This document shows positions 51,076 to 63,736 of a stretch of DNA of 64,000 nucleotides, piece after piece. Both the position numbers and the translations under genes were made by a program. The DNA comes from Tubulanus polymorphus (Eukaryota > Animalia > Nemertea). The first letter of the stretch is position 1. Every line of letters begins with the position of its first letter. The notes beneath the pieces were generated by a model, which searched no databases, was not told the DNA's origin, and saw only the letters and a list, made by a program, of their open reading frames with translations. Where the stretch lies: contig NC_134026.1 of assembly GCF_964204645.1 (NCBI RefSeq), positions 4,859,950-4,923,949 on the forward strand. Reading direction: 5' to 3'.

Positions 51076-54000
51076 TTAGACTCTTGTTCCATTATGCTTT
51101 ATAGACATTGCAGTGAGCTTTGAGGTCTTCAAGAGCTACCCATACAAATTGGTCTGTAGCGTCGCCAGATTTGCTGTATATCCAGAACTATGAAATCATC
51201 AGTTATAGGGTCCACAGTTATGGACTAGGTCTGACTCAATTATATTTCGAAAATTCAATTCAAATCCTTAACTGTGGAATCGGTTTGTACATTTCTAAAG
51301 CTTCTCTGAAAACGATTCTAAGCCGGCTATTTTGATTATAGTTACATTGGACGTTATGAAAACATGGAAGTGCGGATAGGGATCTTAGTCGATGTTTTTT
51401 CGTTGGTTAAATTGACTGATGATGAAGCACGTTATCATTGGCGGCGACAGGGCAAATTGATCCCGATTAGATGGTCGACGTGGAACATTATCATACACGA
51501 TAACCACCTGATGCTAAGGCAATTTATCTCCATTTCAAAGTGAAATTTAATTTCAGTACCAAAGCTACGACTCCGATACAAAACTCTGAAAACCCTTTCA
51601 ATCGGCTTAGGCTGGTAGTCTCTGAATTCGGATTGAATTACAAATGTGGTTTCCTTACTTTCTGATGAACAAAGTAACGCCTGGTGGCTATTGCGCTGTG
51701 TGGCTGGAGAAATTCAAATTAGCCATCTTATGCATTTCCTCTTTCATTAACGACATTCTGTCTCCAGGTCTTTGAAAACGAAATTTTCCACTGTTTCTTA
51801 GATCGCCAGAAACAAGTGGCATATGCTAATTGAATGGATAAGATTGCTGAGAATGTACTGCCTCGACCTTATTATCACAATAACTAAACTCTCTCGACGA
51901 GATGCTCGTAATTCATCTGAGCAGGACAGGACTGATTTCGAGAATTCTATCATTGCCTATCCAAATGGCGGCAGATACGGGGCCTTATTTCTAACGGTAA
52001 TATACGGCCCAATATGGCAATTGTTTCATGTTATACAAATGTGATCATGAATAAAACATCTACGGAACGCACGGTCATCTTACTGCAATGCGATACACAG
52101 GCTCGCCAGTTCTGTCACAGCTAGTAATTGATACATCCTTTTTTATTTATATTTCATATTCATCTGTCTCCAATTGATATTCTTTGCAGTCGCTACTTCC
52201 TCTGGATGGAATTGAAAAGCAAAAAACGTTGGGAGTTCATTTTAGTTGTCTCAACGGAGCCTTATTCTAATCAACGCAGTGGATTGATGAACAGTTTGTC
52301 AACTGGTTTACTGTTATCTCCATTATCTTGGGCCCATTTATGATGAAGTTTCTAATGAATCAATAGGCTCCTTCACATTTACTCTTCTAAGGAAGAAGTA
52401 GGCCAAGGATGCAAAATGTCCTCACATTAGCGATATACATCGAAGTAGCATCCCATAAGATCTAAGATCTTTATGCTAACTGACTTAGTATTCAGTGCGG
52501 ACTGTTCACCTATGCGCTTAAGTGGAACAGGAGCTCATCAATTTTGCTGCTCTATCCACGACATGTGATTCTTGATAGGAAAAGTCTGTTAGCTCCCTGG
52601 ACGGACCTCGCTTATTGCAAGGTTGGCTAGTTAGACGGTTGAAGACTACATTTTCCAGAAAAAAGACACGAATGACAAATGTTAGCATTGCTGTTGAACT
52701 TCTTTTGCTCTTGTAAGTTGATTGTCCTGTCAGAAATTCTTTTTGAACCGGGGAAAGAAGCGATATAGAACAGAAAGAGTAACCAATCCGCTGGTATGTT
52801 CTGAGGCTATGTTATCCTGTAGCGGATCATGGTTAACCAAATCTGATGTTGTTTTGTGATTAATTTTCTTTGCTCGGAGCTTACACGACTGAGAAAGCGA
52901 TTCTTCGACTTCAACCGTATAAGCTGCGAACCACAAATTATTTTTCACGAAAAGTAGCCGTTGTTGTTGTCGTCGTCGTCATCATTGCTGGCGATCTAAG
53001 GCCACGTTCCTTTCAGCTGCTCACCCATGTATAACGATAGTCGTCACCTGTTTTCTGATTAGCAGTCTTATCAGTGACGTTCAGCCTTCACTAGGGGCCA
53101 GACATGTTGACCGCGGATGCAAAATCACTGTCACAAAATCCGGTACGCGTCAATAGAAACTTATATACATATGCATTTTTATCAATGAATATATTAGGTT
53201 TGTCAGTGACTTGATAGACATGACTGGTGATTACATGTAGCAGGTCGTGTTACTTTCATCAGAAAACTCGGGAAGATACTTCAGTTTTCCCTGTGAGATA
53301 CAGTTATTCGAAGCCGAAACGTTTCATACTACTCTGAAAACTCCGGAGGAAGCTGATTAGATTTTTACCTCGAAGTCGAAATATATGTTTCAGTTCAGAT
53401 TATATTGTTGCGAAATGTCAAGCGCTTAAAGTTTGGCATTTCCGATGAAAGAACTATCTTCTTTCGAAAAGTAATTTTCGCAGGCGGATTTCGCCATGAT
53501 ATCTTATATCCACCAAATGGGCACAACTGATGATTGGCATAGATTTGTAGCGTCCCTTTGTTTAGAAACACAAAAGTGATGTCAAATATGGCGCGCAATT
53601 GTACGAAGCAAAATACATGGAAAGTATGTAAATTGTCTATACGAGGTCTCCTGGCAACAATGACGTCGTAGCCATATCCTTCATATCTCTGTTGCGGAAT
53701 ATTTCCTCGATTTGAATTCAGTGCGCGTGCGCAACGCGACGAACGTCTGGCTCCCCGAAATCTTCGCCCGATTCCCCCGAGTTGTCGCTTTAACGTGTTT
53801 GATGAAATCTTAGTTTACGGGTACCGGCTCTGTATACGTCGGCGGAATAATTTCGTGATTGTGCGAATCGTATTTCTTTTTCGCGGAGTTCGTTTTCGGC
53901 GCGGTTGTGTTCATTTATTAGCGCAGTGAGAATTTTACAGATGTACACGGCTTGTTCACTTTGACCAGCCATGAATACTAAACCCGAGTGACATTACGAA

Positions 54001-54883
54001 ATACTTCAGCATAGCCTCGCGCAAGTGTATCGAATGAATTATATATATATATATATATTCTTTTTTACGCTAGAATTATCAGGAATCGATGCTTATCAGA
54101 TAATCAAAGCTCTAATATTGAGTTCATTTTTTTTTGGGGGGGGAAGGATTCGTTGGCTGGGGAAAAACTCCCGGGAACGTTCTACCCGTAAAAATTCTAT
54201 TATTGCTTAATTAATTTTTAGCAGTTCGTTTTCGCGTGGAAAAAATCAATTCTCATCAGTGTAAGGCTGTCAAATTTTAATTAACGCTGAAGTCAGAGCC
54301 AGCTGCTTCTTATGCCTTTAACGGCAGATCGAGTACTAGAATGTCGATGCCATTTTTAGCAACTTCCAAATTACTCTATGTCAACAACATTGTCTTTTAG
54401 ATTAAACCTCTTGTGTTTCTTAGCTTACAAATGTATTGGGTTAAGGACGGGTTCTGGGCTTCGAAAATCCTTATCTGGTGTCTCAACCCTAGTACTGACC
54501 CCTCAGCAAAGTCCTTCAAGCAATCACGATTTTTCATTTCTTCCATTTTTTGATGTGTCAATGATTGTCATGTTTTTTTTTCACAGTATATACATACTAC
54601 TGTATATGTGGTAGTTGCGTCAGACATGAAAGGAGGAGTGGTTATTGATGACCTGTACTCGATTCACCCTGATAAAAGGCTTGGCTTTAAGAAGATCGAT
54701 TTCACATATTAGTGATGAATAAAATATGAACGTACTGTAACAGATACGGGACGATTTCTTTCGCAGTGATTGGCATTCAAGCATTGACTTTTCATCAAGA
54801 ATTTCGTTTATGAAAAATTTATTTCTTCAACACGTTGATGCTGGGATAAATCGTGTCGAAGAAGAAGCTAGCCCAGGGAAAAT

Positions 54884-55039
54884 GAGATGGATAGTACTTT
54901 ATAGGTTAACTTGTTTATTTGAAGTACGAGCTTTCGCTACTAATGACTGTACTCATTCACCTGATGATGCTATGATACATCAGTAGCGAAAGCTCGTACT
55001 TTGAATAAACAAGTTAACCTATAAAGTTTTATCTGTCTC
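54884..55039. mobile_element. Fold-back remnant, probably inverted Penelope-like pseudo-LTR ends
   Basis: 58-bp arms (54884-54941 / 54982-55039) with 6 mismatches. Each arm has TAGCGAAAGCTCGTAC followed by AATAAA, and a hammerhead core lies on the + strand. Confidence 0.65.
54953..55008 (+). ncRNA. Candidate minimal type I hammerhead ribozyme
   Basis: CUGAUGA-U-[GCUA..UAGC stem II]-GAAA-GC-UC, with self-complementary AGCU in place of stem III and an interrupted stem I (AC/GU + AUUC/GAAU). Confidence 0.55.
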
Positions 55040-56642
55040 GTTACGCGGCTCCTCTATGAATCTTGGAAAGAGTGGAATAGTGAAACGAGCTGTATCATGT
55101 TTGCGTGGAAATTCATTCAAAAATCTTCAGCTATTATTCGTCGTTTTCGTCTATCACTAGAGAACACGGCATAAATATCAATATTTTGCTACCTTATGTC
55201 CATTGTTATCCATTGGTTGCACCAGGTCCCAACCTTGTTAGTACTGGCACTAACCTTGTACATCATGTAGCCAAATGTATAAACCCAACAGCAAAAATAG
55301 GATTAGGAATGTGGCTCGGTGTAGAACAGGTCAGATATACAAACCTTGAATGTGAATATTTTTTAGCGCTCAATGAAACTGCTTAGAAGTGGTTGTTACT
55401 ACACATAGAAATAAGTGATTCATCCAATGGATCGTTTAGGTGTAACCTCAAAATCTCAGTTTTCCTGGAGCGTCATCGATGTTCAATATTGAATCTCTGT
55501 ACCCTGGTACCATGCGCTGATGATTTGCAATTGATCATATGTGTGAAACGGTGTTGACATGGATTTATGGTTGAGTAGTGACTGTTTGAACACCACTATT
55601 ATTATGTCAACATCAGTATGATTAGTTGCTAACATTAAAATCATCATTATTATCATTGTCAGGGAGGTTATCATCATAGTTGTATTTACCCTGACATGAA
55701 GCCAACGCAGCGTCATAAAATCCGCCTCGTCTGCCGTACGCGCTTCGTTGCTCAAGGTTAAACTAATCATCAGTGCAACCTCAGCGAAACTTCAAGGGAA
55801 TACAAAAATTGCTCATTCAAACAAATTGCTCGTTAACGTAGATCAGGTATTGAATTAATGAAATAAATCAAATATCTGAATTAATCAAAATAAGCTTTCT
55901 CTATATCTGAATTCATCAAAATAAGCTTTCTCTACATCCTCCTCACAGGTGAAGACACTTTGATGTCTATATGCCTCTAATCCATAGCAATATATTCAGG
56001 TATATTCCTGCATTGTATGAGTTATCATTTTCTAGCGTAAATTCGGCAAAAATGTTAGTATAGATGCAGCTATATGAAAGCCTTACCGACAACTCATCAG
56101 CCATGGATCACTAACGGTTATTAATGAACAGGAAAATCCGGCCATTAATTGTTGGCATAGTCAATGCAGGAGTTTACGTCGATCGGCAATAAAAATAGTC
56201 TCCGCTGATCTGTCATTCATCATCTAATGACTTGATCGGTTTATCCGTGGGGGGGACAAAAGCGTTTCTATGCGCGAAGCTTTGTTTTTCTGAGATAAAT
56301 GTTGTTTTCTGTTCGTTTTTCCCCCAGTCTTCTATCACCTGATGACTAATGAAGATTCATCGAATGGAAAAAATGACGCAACGCGCGTCTACGTTGATAT
56401 CGACTTATTCTATGAGATATTCCATTACAGACTTCGATTGTTGTTAAATACTGTCTTAATGCCATCTGGCAATCCATATTTTCTTATCGCCTTTGAAAAT
56501 GTCTTCGAATATGGCGACTATTTCATGTGTTCATTGATACTGGTCTGAGATGTTAAAGTAACCACCATTCTATGATCTAGATGTTGTCTCTCGTGAAAAT
56601 GAATGTAAAATCTTTTCATTCATTCTTATCATGTATTTTTAG

Positions 56643-56819
56643 CTTTGCCGAATGGATATCCGAAGATCACTGAAAATCCGACTTTGAAAGCGGTCGAAAA
56701 AGACCGAAACACCGTGATGATATGCGAAGCGGATGGAAATCCTGATCCGCAGATTATCTGGTTGAGAGACTACATACCCGTTGACATGACTGATCCGCGT
56801 CTAACTCTGCTCAACTCAG
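56643..56819 (+). CDS. Lar: LAR-type receptor PTP, Ig2 N-terminal half exon (177 nt, phase 1-1)
   Basis: Acceptor atgtatttttAG| and donor G|GTACGT. Encodes (P)LPNGYPKITENPTLKAVEKDRNTVMICEADGNPDPQIIWLRDYIPVDMTDPRLTLLNS(G), matching the LAR-family Ig2 pattern P.GFP.I...P.LKVVE..R...M.C.A.GNPDP.I.W..D..PVD. Joins the Ig1 exon in frame. Confidence 0.95.
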
Positions 56820-57909
56820 GTACGTATGTTGATGAAAAAAGGAACTCCCACCAACTAACCGATGATCAAAGACTGTATTAAGTGAAATCCAGTTATTCAA
56901 AGGGTAAAAGCAAAGATTGTGAGGTTAGAAAGTAGAAATTTGTTACTCTTTTATAACGAGAAGTACTGATTTGATTTTTGAATGCATTCAGAAATGTGAA
57001 AGATGTTACTGAGGGTCATACTGTTGATTACTCATTAATTGAGAATTTTCTTTCATATTTCAAGGAAATTTCACTGAAAAAATTCAATATGTTGGGAAAA
57101 AGTGTATTTTTCGCTGGTTGGCAGCCCTGATCGCTCAGATTTTTTTAAATTTTCAAAATAGCAATGTACAGAAGGGCAGTTACATCGCGCAAAACATTCC
57201 AAGTTGAATGTAACATGTCGGGTAACTGTATTTATTTAAAGCATCATCAATGTTCTGTGATAAATCGTATGAGTGTCAAATATGTCCACCAGAGATAATA
57301 TTCGATCGAATATAGAAGAATATGACACTTAATTATTCATCGATTGGGCCATGTTCAAAATTCCACGTTTCAAAATATCGAGTGGTGCTGAAAATAAAAT
57401 GGAAGATCACAGAAATTGTTTCCTTTCTGAAGGAACTCGTAGAAAATATCAATGCAGTATAGAATTACCGATGTAGATGTAATGATTTCACCTTCCTATC
57501 GATTTCTTCACCTGTTTTGTCTCAAAATATTATAGATATGTTTTGTGGTTCTTTTATCCAAGATTTGTATATTATGACATTGCATATGTTTACCGTATGT
57601 AGCTATTGATTGTAACCACCGTATGAAATCAAAATTTTCAGATGTTTTGATTTTCAGATATTCTTCAATCCAAATTAGGGTAGCCACTGACCTGGAAAAC
57701 TTGGGGAATCAGAAAAAAATCTGGGGAAAATCAGGAGGGGGAATTTTTGTGAATTCTCAGTAGCATTGTATTTTTAGTTGCTGCTTGCATGTGTGATTTC
57801 ATGTCTAGACAGAATTTCATGTTGTACTCATTCGAGGTTATGACGATAACATTTCATCCTCTGATGCATTCGCTTCATGCTGGATCTATAAATTGAATTC
57901 TTGTGTAGG

Positions 57910-57911
<2 letters not shown>

Positions 57912-57950
<39 letters not shown>
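57912..57950. repeat. (TA)n microsatellite, ~19 units
   Basis: Uninterrupted TA run in the intron that splits Ig2. Confidence 0.97.
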
Positions 57951-57953
<3 letters not shown>

Positions 57954-58702
57954 TTACAACTGGCGCATTAAAATTGATGGTGACATCGCGCTCGACTATA
58001 AGGTTGCGCTAGTGAGACACTTCAAATGTAACTGAGATTGGGTGTAACCAAAACAATGCCATCTCGAGTGATCTCAATGTTATGCGGTATCGAATCAGAG
58101 AAATCTTCGTTATTTGAAGCCGTCGTTGTAACTGAAATCATTCAGAATATCGAAAACTAGGGGGGGGGGATAAAAGAATCTTCGAAGAATCGGGGTAGTG
58201 AGTAACAACTGATGAACACGACACTTAAGCTTTTAATCAATTTGCGATCGCTGTCTGCTCGCTCGGTGTACAAGTACTAATCTAAAGATCTTTGATCTAC
58301 GTAAACATCTCTGAGACTGTCTGTTAATTTGCAAGACTCGCAGGCATAAACGTATAATGATGATACTATCGGAGGCGGTAAAAGTTTTTTCTCGGTGAGT
58401 TGGCAAATTTTGCTAATGAATCCGCTGGTATTCGTCTCTGCCCCGAAGCAAATGCCATTCAAAAAGTTGTTTTTCGCTACCATTGCAATTTTCTGCATAG
58501 GTTTTTTTGTAACACTTAATATGCGTAGATGCTGGATGGGGGAGAGTTATTGCGTTCAAATCACTGCCTTAAAACATTCAAAGATTGCGCTAGCTTTTCA
58601 TATTCAATGTAAATACCTTTTCATTTCTGTCCAGAATATCGTCTTGTTCTCCTTTTTTCGACTATTATAGCGGATATATTTGGAAATATTGTTCAATTTC
58701 AG

Positions 58703-58813
58703 GATCATTACAAATAGAACGCAGTCAGGCGTCGGATGAGGGTAAATACGAATGTATTGCTGAAAATAGTGCCGGAACAGCAATCTCATTCGCTGCAAAT
58801 CTCTATGTGCGAG
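58703..58813 (+). CDS. Lar: LAR-type receptor PTP, Ig2 C-terminal half exon (111 nt, phase 1-1); not in the supplied ORF track
   Basis: Acceptor caatttcAG| and donor GAG|GTAAGT. Encodes (G)[36 protein letters not shown], colinear with the vertebrate sequence I recall as [37 protein letters not shown]. Confidence 0.96.
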
Positions 58814-61528
58814 GTAAGTGACAATGTAATGCCCATTGTTCACTTTTCAATTTTGTTTGAAGGCGGCAATATTGGTGGTCCATTATACAGTGGAGACAAG
58901 TATAAGATTGGGTCTTCAGCGTAACGTATCATACTCGTCATTTCCATTGAAAGTGAAGATTTTCACATTTCAATGTCCCTGCTAATGTTCCAGCTTGTTC
59001 CAGTGCTTCTCCGCCAAAGCTCAGGAACTAGCTTTAATATCTGAAGTTACTTGGAATGAGAGAGTTGTCCTCTGCAACTGGTCATAATTTGGCTCTAAAT
59101 GACGCAGTGTGCTATGTATATATTTATATATTTAAATTTGCGTTATCAGCTCGATGATGCAAATGTATCACAAACTGAAGAATGACCCAGTGATATGTGA
59201 CTTGTCTCCATGTCATGTCTGTAAAGTGTGCAACCAGAAGCTGCTGTTCTTGATGCCTAATGGCTGACGAATTGTCAAAGAGATTACATGTTGCCGCCGC
59301 TGTGCGTATTTTGCGTATTCAAATGTGTGTGCGTGTCAGTGCTGTCTTTTCATCGTTCTCTCGAGATCGTTGCGTGTACTTTATTGACGTTGAATTTCAT
59401 TTTCTTGAATTTGAAAAGAAAATTCATTCATTCACGATCGTACCTTGAATTGTTGTAAAGTAAAACTGTTGAATCCGCCAAATTTCTTTTAAGACAAGAG
59501 TTTGTGTATAAATGTTGCTGTAGGCCTCGCTTTTGTTGTTTTTTATCGATACAATACTCAGATGACAAAATTTGCACCTCGGCACTTTATTTTTGAAATT
59601 ATTTATGATATACGATATGATATGGTAAATGTGTCACTTTGTTTGATATTATGGCTTCAAGCAGCACTGGCACAAACATACTTTTAAGTGCACAAAAATC
59701 TGCCCGATGGAATTCACAAAATTGATCGATACTTTTTTTGAGCTGATGAACAATTTCGAATTGTTCGTCTTTTCTCTACTATTCTCTCGAGTTTGCCGTC
59801 GTCGTTTAATTTGTGAATTTGATCGAGATGCTTTTATGGTGACTTTTTCCGCACATAACGGCCTCGTTAATTGAACCTACGTGCAGCTGGCTTTCAATTA
59901 CAGTTTCGAGAATCACGTTCTCGAAAACCGATCATTTTCATTTCCAATCGGAACGCCCTTCATTACCCCATAAAAAGATAACACTTCATCTGAAAAAATC
60001 TTTAGATTATCTAATTTGCGTCTTCATATTCCTTGAAAAATACATTTCCTTGGAATAATTCTTTAAAAAAATGTATTCGTAAATAAGATTAAAAGAAAAT
60101 GAAGAATGAGCCATAATAGTATCAGCCTTTTTATAGGTAATAGCCATAACATTATTGAATTTAGCCTGCAGTCATTGGCTGTTCTTAAAACGGGCATTAA
60201 CATTTTCAAAGTACTGTATATCAACGAAGATCTCTTGCTAAATTTTAATATTTTCCCAACGTTGTGACATAGACACGTTCATCATCATCCCAGAATAATG
60301 AATTTCTGCGCATTATCGAGGAGAAAATCATCCGTAAAAAAGAAAACTTGTCGATATATTATTCGTGATACATAGGCGACGTGAAGCCAGGCCCCACCCT
60401 TGTTTGAAACATGTTTGTAAATTCAAGATGACGTTACACTAAAGTAAACAATATCTAAATTGAAATATTTTGCACTGCGTAACGCTTACATTTCTTAATT
60501 TCATGTGTGCTCACTAATAACGAATTATAATCTTCTAGGTAAACATTAGAAGTCCTCTTACGTGAAATCAAATGACTGAAATGAATGTGTGAAATATTTC
60601 TCGGTTGGAAAAATATACATGATTTGTAGAATATACATGATTTGACGGCCGATTCAAGAACGATATAAAAATGTTTTTGATATGAGAAATCGATGTTAGC
60701 ATTATGGATTGACATTTCATACAAATAATCAGCAAAATTCAAACCACCCACATTTTCAAGTCAAATGTAAATAACTTGTCGTTTTTCAACTTTTGCCCAT
60801 TGACATTATAATGACAAAGCCACCTACGTTTGTACTTGTACTGGGTGTGTGGGCGAAGGGGATAGATAGGTGAAAACTATCATCATTGAATTCAATAAGC
60901 TTTTGCCTGTCTGCTTGGCAACCATTTCTTTTCATTCCTTGCCTTCAGCTTTTGTAGCTGGCATTAAACGAGTTAAAAAACAAAACGCTTAAAACAGAAA
61001 TGACTCGATATTATCACCGCAAACAACTTTCAATTAAATTGTTTCCTAAACATTCACCTCCTGTTAAGTTCAATTAAAAGTAGGCTAGAAGAGTTTCTGT
61101 TGAATTATGAAATTACAATTTGATTATGATTTTTCATTTGAATTCAATTTCAATAGTTAAAAACGACTTTATTTCTACAATCTAATGCCTAATTCTAGAT
61201 GAGCTTTATTCAGTATAAACACAATGAATTGCTACACAATGATCCAAATAGAATATATTCAATTTAGTTATACCAGGGCAAAATACTTTCCTTCCTGCCT
61301 ATCTGACCTTCCTATTGCTATGCTTTAACCCATTTACGAGTAATTTCAGCTTTCTTTTTATTTTTGATAAAATGTCGACAATGATTTTTCTTCAGCTGCT
61401 CAATTCGGCCGTTTGCAATATATGTCTTATTACAATGCGAACCACTATGCAACACTTTCTCCGAGTCTGATGTCTCGCATATTTCTCACTATCTGTTGTT
61501 TCTTTTTTACACGTTGATTACTTTCTAG

Positions 61529-61570
61529 ACGAAAGTGAAATTTCTATCTACAAGCACCTGCATCAGCAAG
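61529..61570 (+). CDS. Candidate 42-nt cassette exon in the Ig2-Ig3 linker (DESEISIYKHLHQQ)
   Basis: Long pyrimidine-rich tract ending ctttctAG|, donor AAG|GTAAAA, length divisible by 3, open in the required phase-1 frame. GCATG motifs follow at 61653, 61689 and 61713. Confidence 0.5.
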
Positions 61571-63667
61571 GTAAAAACTCTAGAGCGCCGTCTGTGTAGG
61601 TGGCGTCACTGCCACCGGCCACCGAGGGCGCAGTGTATGACCGATAGCCGAAGCATGATATCAGTTGCACCTATCAATCTCACTGACAGCATGTGAAAAG
61701 AAATCATCGCAAGCATGGCGAGATCCATGCTTATTCCTCTTTTTAAGATACGTCTTCGATGTTGAGGAAATAAGATAATTCAGTCTTGGTGAAACGGGTT
61801 ATATGTAAATTTCGTACGAAGTTTAGCTGTCGATTTATAGTTTTTTTAAATCATTTTTTACATATTCATAATCGTATGAAAACGGGAACTAGATTTCGAT
61901 TGCGGGCCAGCAGTATCGAGCCAAGCATGTCTTGCGAATCGCTCGACCCTTGTTATGTCTCTACCTTCTATTCGGCATGATTTTACTAACTAATCGTAAT
62001 GAATTATGCTTCGATCAGCCGGGGAGGTTGGAGAGCCGCCTCCCCGGATCGACGAAGCGTGTATGTAGATATTACACGTACGTGTGTTCGCGTTCTCTTG
62101 TCCGTCCTACGTAAAAAAATATATTGTATTCGTCGAAAAATGTCGATACTTTACGCATTATTGATGAGCATTTTTTCGATAGTTTGACTGCGCGCATCTT
62201 CCACTTGAAGAGCGTAGTTGAATATCAGTGGCGAACGAATACCGATAGAACAATAGTTAGCGTCGGCAGAAGTATCGCCGTTCCACCGTTCCGCTTGTCA
62301 CGCGAACATCCGCGAAAAATAGCCACCGGAACAGAAAAACCGAGACGAATTACTTCGCATACCGGTGTAATATTACGCCGATACGAACACGGCGCATATA
62401 TATATATTTATATATATAAGCGATTTTAATAAGCCGGTATTAAATATTGTTAATCCGCAGCGCGCGTAAGCTTCCATGGAGACGAACGATCAGGAATGAG
62501 AAAATGATTCGAAAGAATTGCAAATGCCTGCGGGATTCGACGTAATCATTAATAAGTGAATTATAATGCATATATTATACTACGATCATGAAAGTGGCGA
62601 AAGAAATATCGTTATGAATCCGTATTTGCAGTCATACACTGGAATTACGAAGACAGCTTAGATTAATCTATTCAGTGACGGCGAGAGTGAAATATTCGTA
62701 GGACGTCGTTTTTTGATCCACCCTCTTCTTCAATCGCGTTTCGGCGTTGTAGTCGACTCACTTAGATATGAGAATAGGGAAAATCAGACTTTGATGATGT
62801 ATTTTCGAGAATACAATAGCTCACGGCATTGTCAAAACGTAGTACGTTGAACAGCGTTTTATGTAGATACGTTTTGGCATTGGATACAAGAAGGGATGCG
62901 CTGCGTCATTACTAACACACACCACGCAACAACCGGCAACCCTCTGGTACATAATAAAACAATTTACGATGCTTGCACGCACTGTATAACTCATCTGCAC
63001 ATTGTATCATCAGTAGTAAACTAGTTTGAATCGGATGCGATAATAAAATTGATGGATTAGGTGTGTTTTTGTAATAATAATACGATTTTGATTCTCTTGC
63101 CGCCCCCCCCGAATTGAGTAACCGTGATGAATATCTAACAGATTCATTTCGACGTACTAAAATCTGTTAGAAACCATTTCCGTGTTAACGCTTGAACTTA
63201 CATTTGATAGCAATCCCCGGATGACTAAAGAAAGTCCGTATTGCATTTTAGATATTGAGTGCTAAAAGTAGTCATTGCAAAAAACATCATGATATCGATA
63301 ACTACCTCATCATTTGCATTCTTCACTTTGCACATCTTAACAGTACATCGGATGTCAAATGGTAGATTTAACGGATACTAGATTCGAAAACGTATTTGTA
63401 GATCTCATAAAAGCATTTGATTCGTCAAGAATGTAGATGATAATGAGTTACACAATCTTTAAAACGTCATTTTGAAATATGTTTGTGACAATTTTATACT
63501 GTCATGTAGATATTTCATTAAACTTTCTACAAGTTATTAAGATTGAAATATGTCACATTGCTGTTACCAACATTATTTAATATAATTAATTTATATTGGA
63601 ATTTGTCTTGAACGTGTATATGTAACAAAAACATGTTCAATCATTATTTGTGTTTCATTTGTTCTAG

Positions 63668-63736
63668 GGTCCAATCCATCACTCGTTCTCCCTAAGACAC
63701 AACCAGGCTCATTCAAGCCCGGTCAACAACACAATA
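63668..63736 (+). CDS. Candidate 69-nt exon in the Ig2-Ig3 linker (GSNPSLVLPKTQPGSFKPGQQHN)
   Basis: Acceptor tgtttcatttgttctAG| and donor A|GTGAGC. 69 nt, open in the phase-1 frame, Pro/Gly/Gln/Ser-rich, and a GC-richer island within AT-rich flanks. Confidence 0.5.

Noticed and set aside
57658-57679. Mini-exon A candidate after ttttcAG
   Set aside because: 22 nt (frameshifting) with a weak donor GTAGCC that overlaps a repeat end.
58344-58394. 51-nt mini-exon A candidate (cgcAG|...TCG|GTGAGT)
   Set aside because: In-frame TAA after GINV and a poor pyrimidine tract. At most a poison exon.
61396-61410. 15-nt in-frame microexon candidate (AAQFG) after tttttcttcAG
   Set aside because: The donor C|GTTTGC is very weak and cannot be supported without RNA data.
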